From the NCBI RefSeq assembly GCF_006345805.1, contig NC_043009.1, forward strand, positions 44,144,001 to 44,208,000: DNA of 64,000 nt. Reading direction: 5' to 3'. This stretch comes from Octopus sinensis (lineage: Eukaryota). The notes under the pieces are model-generated. The model made no database searches. It was given only the letters and a program-made list of their open reading frames with translations, and was not told the DNA's origin. Each line of letters begins with the position of its first letter. Within the stretch, counting starts at the first letter, position 1. Both the position numbers and the translations under genes were made by a program. Below are positions 38,558-51,496 of the stretch, piece after piece.

Positions 38558-40429
38558 AAGACATATAAAAATAAACAAAAATCAACATATCAGACGAACA
38601 CCAAATGTATCCAGCATAGTACATAGAAATCGCTTACACTTATATATCTATGTAAGAGGCAGGCTTTTCAAATTGCATTTCGGTACTCGTGTTTATTCAG
38701 AATAAAATTCAGCACTGAATATATTCCGGTTAAATTTACAATTTAAATGTAGGATAAAATCTTTATAAGAATTCATCAAGTAGTTAGCGTGAAAAAACGT
38801 CATAAGGGAAAAATTTATTAATTATTCCCTTTCAAATTTTTCCTTGATGAGTATGACAACCTCTCATCTTAAAGGTGTATGCTACCCTGTCATGGTCGCT
38901 AAGGTGGCTTTTAAGATCTGCTGGCCACCTGTTGTTTCTATTGCAGGTTACACATATATATGATCCCACCATCCATATCTGTTGATTGCCGTTGTAATGT
39001 GATATATCAATGCACCTTGTTAAGCCTGATTTCAATCAGCAGGTTTGTATATAGTAAAGTTAGAATCATGAAAATGCTTGTGCTGTTTATCTGGTGATTC
39101 CAAGCTGTTGCTCAATCCAAACTAAGAAATCAGAATATAGTGATGGTGATTTCAGCGCCAACTCGACTGGCTTCCATGTCGGTGGCACGTAAAAAGCACC
39201 ATCCGAATCGTGGCCGAAGCCAGTGTCACCTCGACTGGCTTCCGTGCAGGTGGCACGTAAAATGCACCAATCCGACCGTGGCCGATGCCAGCCTCGCCTG
39301 GTTCCAGTGCAGGTGGCACGTAAAAAGCACCCACTACACTCATGGAGTGGTTGGCGTTAGGAAGGGCATCCAGCTGTAGAAACATTGCCAGATAAGACCG
39401 GAGCCTGGTGCAGCCTCCTGGCTTCCCAGATCCCCGGTCGAATCGTCCAACGCATGCTAGCATGGAGAACGGACGTTAAACGATGATGATGATCCATTTG
39501 TTGTTGCCTTGGCGGGAATTTTATGTTTTTCATCTTGCAAGTTGTACAAGAGATAATATCAGTTTCTATATTTCCTTTGTCATTATAAATCTGCCTTTTC
39601 CAAGTTTCCCTGCCACATACGTAACACGTTATCAATATATTCTATTTTTAAATTCTGATTTCTGCTTCTTTTACATCAGTTTCCAAACAATTTTTATTAG
39701 TAGTGTGAAATAAGGTAAGCTCACAGCGACCTAGTTTCATTTCCCATTTGTAGTTGTATGTATGTCCCTTCCATAATAATCATGAGGATTATAATACTGT
39801 ACACTTTGATTAATATATTCATATATATATATATATATTACAAATAAGAAAATGGAGAAACACATTACTTGGTTTATCAGCTTTAGGATATTAGAATGTT
39901 GACTTATTTAATTATCAAAACTACAACCATGGATTTCCCCCACTCCTAGTGCATAAGTACTAATACTTTAGCCGCATGAACAAAAGACTATATGTCCTTC
40001 CTAGTTTTTTCTTAATGATGTTAGAACATTGTTCATTGGTTGAGTGGCGCTTAAGAAAATATAAAGGTAAGGCTGGCGGAAATTACAGATGTATTGTTCA
40101 TCAGTATCCATAACAATAAAACAATTAAATAGACAATTTCATTTTTAGGTCTAATATTTTATAAATATCTTAATGCACTTTATAATTGAATAATAATCTC
40201 TTTCAGTGAATCTAAAACATTAACTGAAACATCAATTTAAAGATGACATTGGAGGGTGTTGTTTGAGAGACAAGCAATGGAATCCCCGTTGGACTTGAGC
40301 CAAGTTATACCACCTCAATTTCTTTGAAACTCTCTCCTTTGCACTGATAACAGCTTTTACAGAAACTATAATCACCCAAACATACTCTTTCTATCACATA
40401 TCGTATAACAACTTCATGTATATCTAGGT

Positions 40430-41398
40430 CAGTGCTCCACAATCAGTATGTTGCAGCACATAGGTGTGCCACGAGACGATGCAATGTGTGCCGCAGTGTA
40501 AACTGTACATAATTTTTTTCCTATACCTTTAGTTATATTTTTAGTTCAGGTGTGCCGCTGAATTTTGAAAAGAAAGTGAATTGCAAATGTAAAAAGGGGA
40601 TCTTTTCCTTTTGAACGGCACATGTCAACATAATTTCTAGTTGACTAAAAAGTTTTAAACTTCGTATACTGGTAGAATGTGTTTATAAAACATTATTTTT
40701 TCTTGAGAAAATTCTATATGTTGTAACATATTTCGTCTTTAATTTCGAGCATTTCGGCAATTTTAACCAATCGCTGACCTCCATTTATGTAAATAACATT
40801 CTGTGCGTAATGAATATGTCCCACCTTTAAGAAACAGATTGGATTTATTTACATTTGTGAAGAAAAAAGATACCCTTCCCCCACCCCTAACTCTAAATCT
40901 AAAATAGATTGAAATGCAATAGATCGATACTAGGGTTATAATTATGGGTGACAATTTCATACGACACCGCTACGGAAAACGGGATTTTTTTCTAGCGGTG
41001 TCAAATGAAAATGTCACCCATGATTATGGCCCTAGTATTGATCTATTGCATTTCAATCTATTTTAGTTCTAGGATTAGGGGTGGGGAAAGGGTATCTTTT
41101 TTTCTTCACAAATGTAAATAAACCCAATCTGTTTCTTAAAGGAGGGACATATTCATTATGCACAGAATGTTATTTACCTAAATGGACGTCAGCGATTGGT
41201 TAAAATTGCCGAAATGCTTGAAATTAAAGACAAAATATGTTACAACATATAGAATTTTCTCAATAAAGCCAAGAGAAAATAATGTTTCATAAACACATTC
41301 TACCAGTATACGAAGTTTAAAACTTTTTAGTTACCTAGAAATTATGTTACAAAGTGCCGTTCAAAAGGAAAAGATCCTAAAAAGGTTGTGGAGTACTG
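40430..41398. mobile_element. Charlie-type hAT MITE interrupted by a foldback element
   Basis: TIRs CAGTGCTCCACAA / TTGTGGAGTACTG; degenerate 8-bp TSD atctaggt / acctaagt. Confidence 0.7.
40598..41377. mobile_element. 780-bp near-palindromic foldback DNA element (Merlin- or MULE-like)
   Basis: Termini GGATCTTTTCCTTTTGAACGGCAC and its reverse complement; perfect 8-bp TSD TAAAAAGG (40590-40597, 41378-41385). Confidence 0.85.
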
Positions 41399-41800
41399 AC
41401 CTAAGTTTCATTATAGGAATATAAATATCTAATTAATTGCGGATTGATGAAAGGCAGAGCTCCATTTTGTAGGATTTAATTCAGAATGCTAAAAAGCAAA
41501 TAAATACCATAAATCATTATATATCTAACGTCCTAATGGTTAAGCCACGATTAAGTTCTTTCTATCTATCTATCTGTCTGTCTGTCATTCCATCCCTCTA
41601 TCCATATATATGTATGTTCCAATATATATAATTAATTGTCTATATGCTTGTACGTATGTTTAATTGTGCCTATTTATGTATTTATGTACATGTATAGGTG
41701 TATATATTTGCTTATGTATATATAGATATATATTTATATATATATTAAATTGTATGTGTATCTTGTTTCATGTATATATTTATATTTTGAAAGTACTTTA

Positions 41801-41930
41801 TAATCTCTGATGAGGCCTATGGATGTAAATAAGTACCTCATTTTTAACTGCTTACAATCTCAATATCATTGACAAGTATAGGCACAAAAAATTACTTTTT
41901 TCCATAGGCTGAAACAGCTGTAAGTGATTT
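41801..41930 (+). ncRNA. Penelope-type hammerhead ribozyme motif with long loop II, GUA cleavage after 41922
   Basis: CTGATGA-GGCCTATGGA...TCCATAGGCT-GAAA-C AGCT G-TA|; 10-bp stem II; weak, bulged stem I. Confidence 0.6.
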
Positions 41931-42344
41931 TAATGATTCTAACATTTTATATTAGGGTTTTTTTAATAACTACTTGTATTCTTATCTTAAATGTATTGAA
42001 TTTTATACTGTAAATATGTATGTTATTATGGTTGTAGTTTTGATAATTAAATAAGTCAACATTCTAATATCCTAAAGCTGATAAACCAAGTAATGTGTTT
42101 CTCCATTTTCTTATTTGTAATATATATATATATATATATATATGCATATATTAATCAAAGTGTACAGTATTATATATCCATTACGACCGATCTTACCAAT
42201 CAGTGTCTGCTGCACTAGGAGTTCAACGGAGTGTTAGGTAACAGCCCGATTATGTAACCCTTCACTCTTCAGAGATGGTAGTTATCGAATGAAATATAGA
42301 GACCGCTCTCTATTACTGGAGGTTATAAGACATATCCGGATATG

Positions 42345-42397
<53 letters not shown>

Positions 42398-42895
42398 GAT
42401 GTTTCTTTTATAAAAAGTGTCGAGAAAAATCCTTTGAGATATTTATTTCTTCCTACTCTTAATGCTTTGAATCCAAATCCTGCTGAAGTCAACTTTGCCT
42501 TTCCTCTTTCTGAGGTCTATAAAATGAAGTGTCAATCAAGTACCAAATTGAAAGTATTCAGTAAACTCCCTTCCTTCAAAATTGCCAGTTTTGTACCGAC
42601 TACTTCAGTTCGGTACTTGCTGGTACTTCATTTTATCGACCTTGAAAAGAGGAAAGGCAAAGTTGATATCAGTGGGATGGATTTGAATTCAAAGCATAAA
42701 GAGTAAAAAGAAATACCTCTAGGGATTTTCCCCAACACCTTTAATAAAAGAAACATTGACCCTGCATATATAACACATTATATAAACATCGACCCTGCAT
42801 ATATAACACATTAAATACTCTTTTTTGAATTATGTTCTGTTTCACTAATGATCAAAATATACCCAACCTCCACATATATATATAACATTTAACCT

Positions 42896-44078
42896 GGATC
42901 TTTTTGGTTTGAACGGCAGTTTTTTCTAGTGGTGTCATATGAAATTGTCACCAATAATTATAACCCTAGTATCGATCTATTGTATTTCAATCTGTTTTAG
43001 GGTTAGGGGTGGGGGGAAGGGTATTTTTTTTCTTCACAAATGTAAATAAACTCAATCTGTTTCTTAAATGAGGGACATATTCATATGGCATAGAATGTTT
43101 TTTTATCTCAATATACGTCATTGATTGGTTGAAATTGCAGAAATTGAAGAAAAAAAACAACAAATATCTTACAAACCATAGAATTTTCTCAATAAAGCCA
43201 AGAGAAAAAGATGTTTTATAAAAACATTCTACCAGTATACAAAGTTTAAAATTTTTTAGTTACCTAGAAATTATGGATCTTTTCCTTTTGAGCGGCACAT
43301 GTCAACACAATTTCTAGTTAACTAAACACTTTAAAACTTCGTATACTGGTAGAATGTGTCAAAATAAAACATTTTTTTCTCTTGGCTTTCTTGAGAAAAT
43401 TGTAATTTGTTTGTTTAACGTAGTTTAATTTTTCGAATTTTAACCAATGAATCGCCTCTAGTGAGCTAAAATCATTTGCTGCGTCTAAAACTGAGACAAC
43501 ATCCTGTCACTAACCCTAACACTCACCCTAAATTTTAGCCTTTCGTGTTTTTTTTCTTAATTGTTACGCGTGTCTAAAATTATTCGTTTTGAGTTTTTGC
43601 TTTCGTTTTAGCCTTTCGTTATGTATACATACGGAAAGCGTGTGTATAAAATTATAGAATTATTTTGTTTGTTAATTGTTTAAATTATTTTCCATTGCTT
43701 TCGTTTTTTTTTCTTCTTAATTGTTATCCTTAAATTAATTTAACAATTAAGAAAAAAATACGAAAGGCTAAAATTTAGGGTTAGGGTTAGGTTTAGGGTT
43801 AGTGACAGAATGTTGTCTCAGTTTTAGACGCAGCAAATGATTTTAGCTCAATTAGAGGCAATTGATTGGTTAAAATTCGAAAAATTAAACTACGTTAAAC
43901 AAACGAATTACAATTTTATGAAGAAAGTCAAGAGAAAAAAATGTTTTATTTTGACACATTCTACCAGTATACGAAGTTTTAAAGTGTTTAGTTAACTAGA
44001 AATTGTGTTGACATGTGCCGTTCAAAAGGAAAAGATCCGAAATTATGTTAAAAACTGCCGTTCAAACCGAAAAGATCC
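42896..44078. mobile_element. Monomeric relative of the foldback family (short TIR GGATCTTTT.GGTTTGAACGGCA) hosting a nested insertion
   Basis: TIRs at 42896 and 44078; body homologous to one arm of 40598-41377; no TSD found. Confidence 0.7.
43275..44038. mobile_element. 764-bp foldback element with ~270-bp arms carrying TTAGGG-like repeats
   Basis: Perfect TSD GAAATTAT (43267-43274, 44039-44046); same TIR as 40598-41377; TTAGGG-like run at 43775-43802. Confidence 0.85.
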
Positions 44079-44370
44079 CAGATCATTACCAAAGATTTTT
44101 CGAAATGATCATTTCCCAAACTTAAATTGTTCAACAGAGAATAACCAAGTTATTCCAATGTGTTCTGTTTTTAAACAGTAAGGTAGGTGTCACTTGATGG
44201 AGATTTGGCTGCTATTTCTACCAGATTGAGGAACCATGTAGATGCTTACGTATTGGCCTCGACCGGCAAATTTGTAAGAGCAATATTATGAAATTGCAAA
44301 CAATTCAAATTGCTCAGACATGCAAAAATTAAAATGGGTCCCACGTTGGTCAGAAACAGAGCGGCAAGCT

Positions 44371-44392
44371 GTGACGTCACTTCCTCTTCCGG
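44371..44392 (+). promoter_or_regulatory. Overlapping CRE (TGACGTCA) and tandem ETS sites (ACTTCCT, CTTCCGG) about 30 bp upstream of the THOC2 ATG
   Basis: Sequence GTGACGTCACTTCCTCTTCCGG seen directly. Confidence 0.7.
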
Positions 44393-44421
44393 CGTCTAAA
44401 ACATTTCTGCTCCCAAGTAGA

Positions 44422-44486
44422 ATGGCTGCCATCCGAGTTACCGTGGAGGCCTGCAAAAATTGGGAAAAAAATGGGAAAATAGAATT
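44422..44486 (+). CDS. THOC2: THO complex subunit 2, coding exon 1 (MAAIRVTVEACKNWEKNGKIEF)
   Basis: ATG at 44422, GTAAGT donor after TT (phase 2); resembles the recalled human THOC2 N-terminus [24 protein letters not shown]; preceded by a promoter-like motif cluster. Only 22 codons are visible. Confidence 0.8.
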
Positions 44487-46398
44487 GTAAGTAACGTATT
44501 ATCGATTGGTAATTTTACTTTTATCATCCACAATGGCACTCCAATAATTTCTAACATTCTATATTTATGCTTTTAACCTTAAAAGTTGTAACGGTTATTG
44601 TATATACATAACATACATAGAGGTATATATTTATATCTATCTATACAGATATATATACATATATATATGTATATATATACGTATGTATGTGCTTAGACGC
44701 CAAACGAGAGTCGGTTGTTGTACGTTATGTTATTTAATAAAAAAAAAGAAGCTTGCTTTGTAATTTTAGTTCATGCTTTTTGTCGATCCTTTTCAAATGA
44801 GACTTATTATTATTATTATTATTATTTGAGCAAATTATCGCTCATAAACAAAAGTTAAATGAAGCAAACTATATCAAGTTACTAACAATGTCCTCGGAAA
44901 GAAAGCATGAACATCACACAAACTCATTTTCTCTTCCCCCGTATAAGTCTAAATGGCAATGTTTCATAATTAAATGAAAGCCAAAAACATCGTATTTGTG
45001 AATAATTTGAGTATATTATCACTTACTAAGACATCTTGTAGACATGAACATCGTGTAATCTCATTTTTTTTATCACTTCTAATATATATCAGGCTTTATA
45101 TAAGAAATGAGTGTGCGCGTGTTTATAAATATAATTTTTTTTATCTCCTTAAACGTAATAATAACAGCCTGCTCAAATTTTTAAGATTTATTCTTCAACC
45201 TCTATAATAAAATAATCGTTTTGACATGAAAGTTAGAATGATTTAAGGTAGAAAAACTTGCGGAAAAAGAAATGTATATTTACTGATCAGGGGAATAAGC
45301 CTCTACGTGGTCACACGAGCTGCTAGAAAAAACAAGTCATATTTTCCTTAACCCAGTACTGTCTTAATTGAAGAAGGATACCTAAAAACAAGCTGTCTGT
45401 GCTATGCAGAAATAAAAAAGGAAAAGAAAAACTGAACGATCACGGATGGAACGCTTTTGATTCTATGTCTACTCGATTTCGGTCTGGAGCTAAACAACAA
45501 AGATACCAATACTTATACATAGGTCCTGCTCTGTCAGGAAATGACCTGGGACTAATCAACTACCATCACACCGCCACCACGAGTGAACGAAATAGCCACT
45601 AAGTTGCTCCACTTGCTAGAAACAGCAGTAAAAAATTTACTTTATCATTCTGATAAACATTATCTTCGTTATTATTATTATTATTGTTGTTGTTGTTGGA
45701 CAGGTCAGGCGTGATCAAATAGACTTATGGTCAAAGGCTTTCCAGTTACCACCATCCCGTCCTTGTTTCGGACATTGTATATCCTAAACTACACGTCCCA
45801 ATGTGTCCTCTTTTCGAGACGGTAGAGTGTATATTTGAGAGAGAATTTACTGTTATTTCTCACATCTTGAGCTACCCACCCGTGTTATAATATTTAGTGT
45901 TGGTAGTGTTGGCTGTTCTCGTGTTTTGGGTTTTTTTAATATAATATCGTTTTGATACAGACTAAAATTCTCTACTATTTTTGAAAATTAGACAAATTAT
46001 ATCGTCCGACTCCCCTACTTCTGATACCGAGCGATCTCTCCTGTTGCGTATTATCCGCGTTAGTAGGGAGTGTGTATGTATATATATATATATATAGTTG
46101 TGTGTGTGCATATACACCGTATGAATCTATATAGGTAGATAGATGCACGTGTGTGTGTATTTATAACCGTTGTACTCATTTCAATGTTTTATTGCTTTTC
46201 ACTTGGTTAAAGTACTTTGCAATAACAGTATTTCCTTACTTTTGTCAACATGAATTATTCTCGACAAATTTAATAGATGTTATATATATATATATATATA
46301 TATATATTTAGAATATAGTTGACTGGTTGTTTTATCTGTTAATGGATTTTATATAGACTTAACATTCGTATCTCTTAGCATATCTATCTATCTGTTTA

Positions 46399-46552
46399 CT
46401 GTTGTGTCTGGGGAGAGCCATTCTCTTTTAGTACCTTATAATTTAACACTCATCGGTAAAATTTCCACTCAATAAGTAAATGAGTGGAAATTTTACCGGT
46501 GAGTGTGTTAAATCAGGCACTAACAGAGAATGACTCTCCCCGGACACAACAG
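46399..46552. mobile_element. 154-bp hairpin MITE-like palindrome in THOC2 intron 1
   Basis: CTGTTGTGTCTGGGGAGAGCCATTCTCT... pairs with ...AGAGAATGACTCTCCCCGGACACAACAG; arms pair almost to the centre. Confidence 0.75.
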
Positions 46553-48239
46553 AATATGCTTCAACATACGAAGTCACACAGAATTTTGCAAACCAAATCC
46601 CCAAACGAGATATATATTTATGCTGTGTGCATCTATATAGACTAAATGTTTGTAGCTTTTATTTCTACCTGTATATTCAGTAAACTGGTTTCTCCAGCTT
46701 TGTCTTCCCCGTTTGTGTTAATCATAAAAAATTATATAATCGTGTGATTTACTGCATTTTCATCATCCTTGTGTGTCTCTGACTGTCAAAACGAATTTTT
46801 ACTGTTGCATTTTATAATTTGCACAACTACCGTATTTGCTTATAGGTCGCACCCCTAATTTACCGTTAACTCTTTGTACAAATTTTGGCACACCTAACTA
46901 AGCAAGTGTGCCCTCCACTATCGACTTTGCTTCCTCATAACTTCCAGAGAAATGGATATTTTTGAATGAAATTTTCTACAAATCTGCTTCAGATGATGTA
47001 GTTCCGATTACATCGGAATTTGTTGTAAAAATTTTTTTTCCAAGAGTGGGGAAATGAATTTCGGAAAATTCACACGAGCGCGCCTGTTTCCTCATAACTT
47101 AAAGAAAAATAGGTATCTTTTTATGAAATTTCCTATGAATACCTTTCAGATGCTGTAGATTACGATTATATCGAAATTTAATAGGGGGAAAAAAGGAAAA
47201 AATGGTGGGCTTGCACATATACTTACAGACAGGCATACCATATATCTATAAATATGAAATTTCGAAAATTGAGGTATATGTATGCATCCCCTATCCATTT
47301 CTCTGAAAGCTATGAGGAAACAAAGTCCAGACGGGGCATATTTGTGTAGATATGCCCAATCTCTTCCCCTTCATAGTTTTAGCTTTGACTCCTGTATCAG
47401 TCACACTCAAGTTTTTTTCCAGTTAAAATTGTGTGACTTATACGTGAATAAATACACTAATTAATTGTAAGATGACTTGAATCATTGTAGATGGCTCAGT
47501 GTTTTATTTATATTATTTCCTCATCCATTTATATCAGTTGTAGCGATTTCCGAAGGAAAGAATATTAACTTTTATAAAGTTGAATATTGTTTAATAGCCA
47601 TAGTGTTTTCATTTTTTTCATTGTGCTTGTAAACTTCAAACTCAATTGAAGACTTTGGCTTTTTAGTAGATAGGTAGAGAATTTTATAGATAGTAGATTC
47701 ACGTATCTTTTACCGTAGGACTACTAAAGCCCAGGTTGACCAAAGCCTTGTGGAAAATGAAAGAAGCCTGTCATGTATATAACGTGTGTGTGTTTGTGTA
47801 TATATATATATTATCATCATCATTTAACGTCCGCTTTCCATGCTAGCGTGGGTTGGACTGTTTGACTGAGGTCTGGTGAACCAGACTCCAATCTGATCTG
47901 GCAGAGTTTCTACAGCTTGATGCCCTTCCTAATGCCAACCACTCCGAGAGTGTAGTGGGTGCTTTTACGTGCCACGGGACGTGGGCCAGTTTGGTGGTAC
48001 TGGCAACGGCCATGTCCAAATGGTGCTTTTTATGTGCCACCTGCATGGGAGCCAGTCCAGCAGCACTGGCGACGTCCTTGCTCGAACGTTTCATGTGCCA
48101 CCAGCACAAGTGCTAGTAAGGCAACGCAGTAACAATCACGCTCGAATGGTGTGCTTAATGTGCCACCGGTACAAAGGCCAGTTTGTTGTTCAGGCAATCT
48201 CACTCGTATGGTACTCTTAGCGCTCATATATATATATAT

Positions 48240-48610
48240 GGAAGCACTCCGTCGGTTACGATGACGAGGGTTCCGGTTGATCCGAATCAACGGAACAGCC
48301 TGCTCGTGAAATTAATGTGTAAGTGGCTGAGCACTCCACAGACACATGTACCCTTAACGTAGTTCTCGGGGATATTCAGCGTGACACAGAGAGTGACAAG
48401 GCCAGCCCTTTGAAATACAGGTACAACAGAAACAGGAAGTAAGAGTGAGAGAAAGTTGTGGTGAAAGAGTACAGCAGGGATCACCACCATCCCCTGCCGG
48501 AGCCTCGTGGAGCTTTAGGTGTTTTCGCTCAATAAACACTCACAACACCCGGTCTGGGAATCGAAACCGCGAGTCCGCTGCCCTAACCACTGGGCCATTG
48601 CGCCTCCACG
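48240..48610 (-). mobile_element. tRNA-derived SINE family D
   Basis: Minus-strand head GGCGCAATGGCCCAGTGGTTAGGGCAGCGGACTCGCGG..TTCGATTCCCAG; decayed relatives near 3350-3420 and 50930-51110. Confidence 0.75.
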
Positions 48611-51496
48611 TCATATATATATATATTGTGTGTGCAAGTACTCTTGATGTTGTGTGATGGTTGTAAACAAGTATCACCATTATACAAACAATGATGTTCA
48701 TTATTTCCGGTCTGCCATGCAAAACACGTCTGGCCATGGGGGAACATATTACCTTACTTGGAAATAAGTGACGTTGGTGACAGGAAGGGAATCCAGCCAT
48801 AGAGAAGCTGCCTCAACAAATTCCATCTGACAGATGCAAGCACAGGAAAGTGGACATTAAATGGTGGATTAAAAATATAGACTCTGGACTGTTTGTCAGG
48901 AATTAATTCTGTAACGTGATTAGTCTATTCAGTTAGTTATTGGTTTGTAGGACATTGCTGGCAAATGACCTACTGCAATGGATGTCAAAGCATGCCTGTA
49001 CTTGAGCAGGTCGCCCGAGCACAACATATGTAGCTCAAGTCACCAGAGATACTGGATACCTCCCCAAAGACCTCCGTCGACTAATGAAAGACTGACTAAT
49101 GGATGGTGTGTACAGGTTAAAAATATCCAAACAAGCTCGATCAGGTGATGATGATTGCCTCCAGGTTTTGTTTTTGATTTGTCTCTTGTTAAACCTCTGT
49201 TTGAGTTTTAACAATAATGGTGTATGTATGGATCAATTTTGGTCTATGCCAATGTCATTAACAGAAATAAGAACGTTTGGGGTTAGCAGACTTTTATCAT
49301 TGACTCCTTTCATGGAATCATTGATAACTTACTTAAAATAAAATTAAAAGTATAAGACAAAATGCTTATTTAAAAGCAATTCCTTCATTCTTTTGTGTTG
49401 TTCTTGGCTTTTAATAAGAAATATTAAAAGAAACTTAATGATATAAAGAACAATAAAAATCCAGTCATGTTATATTAATATAGTTAGAATATTTAATTTT
49501 TATGTTTTGTGAATACTAGTTTTTTTTTTTCTGATCACAATACTTTTCAAAATGTTCTGAAATAAAAACATAAATTCTTACTTCATTTGCACAAAACTTA
49601 TATCAGATCTAAACTAGAATATACTGTTGATATTTGAAACCTATCTTATATCTGTCTATAATAGTAAAAACAAAATTCTGTCTGTCTGTCTTGGACCCCT
49701 GTATCTCAGTCTAAATTTGATCTACATAGTTTTATTATACCTTTTTAGAATCGAGATGATCCTGGGATTGAAAATCTGCCCTTCATTTGATTCTTGTACA
49801 TCTAGCATTGGGATCAAGTCTGGATGATAATTTGTTATAGGCTAACAATGATAATTTGTTATAGGCGTTAGGAAGGGCATCCAGCCGTAGAAACACTGCC
49901 AGATCTGACTGGGCCTGATGAAGCCTTCCAGCTTCACAGACCCCAGTTGAACCATCCAACCCATGCTAGCATGGAAAACGGATGCTAAATGATGATGATG
50001 ATGATGATAGCTGAAAATTCAAATTTTAAAAGAACTCTAAAAATTTGTGAATGTACAAGTTCTTCATTTAAACTGAATTTAAAGTAATACCTTATTGGTA
50101 AGGTACCAATAAATGCTTTATTATTGCTCTTTTCAGTTTTGGGTTACTCGCCCAATTAGCCCTCTGCAGGAATCAGCTGAAACCTCTGCACAGTGTACAG
50201 CTTTTAAGCTAGTTCAAATTATAAAATAGAATGATATGAGTAAGTTTTAAGACATCCAATGGATAGTGGGAATGTCAAATCCAGAATGATTGCTTGAGCA
50301 AAAATTGAAATGTTTTGAACAGAGATGAATGATCAGAAGCCTGTATGCATATCTACACTTCAATATATATATCCATCCATCCTCCGGGGGCAACTGACTT
50401 TTCTTTTCATCCTTTCAGGACTCGATAAAATAAGTACCAGTTGAACACTGGGGTTGATGTAATCAACTTCTCCCCTAAAATTGCTAGCCTTGTGCCAAAA
50501 TTTGAAACTGATATATATATATATATATTTGTATATTGTCATCCTACTTTCTGATCTACCCTCCTTTCTGAGCCAGTTCTATCTCTCCTACTCACCCCCA
50601 TACTGATATTTCCCATCAACCTCACCATCACCTTTGTTTACTTATTTTGTTCGCTTCTACTCCCATCTCTAACCATCTGTTATTATCTTCTCACAATCTT
50701 ACGAAATTACCAACCCTCTCCTTCCCTCCCCTGATCCACTACAAGCATTCTCCCTTATACTCATTTTGTACCTTAACACCAAAAGACATTCCAGGTTAAC
50801 AAATTACCATGTAGCTTTGCACTTTCAAAGGCAAGTGACATAAAAGAGAATTCTTTACTTGGAAAACAGTTAAGGGTTAGCTAAGGGCTGTAAATGAATG
50901 CCCTTAGTAACAAAACAAGTTGACTAGACTGGCACCCCATCAATTACGATGATGAGGGTTCCAGTTGATCTGATCAACAAAACAACCTGGTCATGAAATT
51001 AATATGCAAGTGGCTGAGCATTCCACAGATATGTGTTTCCTTCACATAGTTTCCAGAGTGATTCAGTGACATAGAATGTGACAAGGTTGGCTCTTTGAAA
51101 CACAGGTACTATTAATTTTTTTGTTGTTGTTGTTCTGGACCCTTCCCTCTCACTTTAAACTCCATGTCGTAATCCCATTTATTCAAAGGGTATCTTAAAG
51201 ACTTGCAGGCTACATAATGACCTCACTAATGCTGGTGCCATGAAAAAGCACTCAAGTGGTTGGCATTAGGAAGGTCCTCCAGCTATAGAAATGATGCCAA
51301 GGTATAGTACAGTTTTCAGCCCTTTTGGAACCGATCAAACAGTCCAACCCATGCCAGCATGGAACATGGACATTAAATGACGAGTCATGTGCATGTTGAA
51401 TCAAATTTCTTAACATTAGCTTTAATTTTGTATATTTTTAGTTTATAAAATATGAAAGAATTACGGAATTTGAAACCTAACCAATGCCTAATTTTT

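Noticed and set aside
42225-42290. Minus-strand CTGAAGAGTG...CACTC possible hammerhead
   Set aside because: No GAAA core or cleavage triplet in the required position
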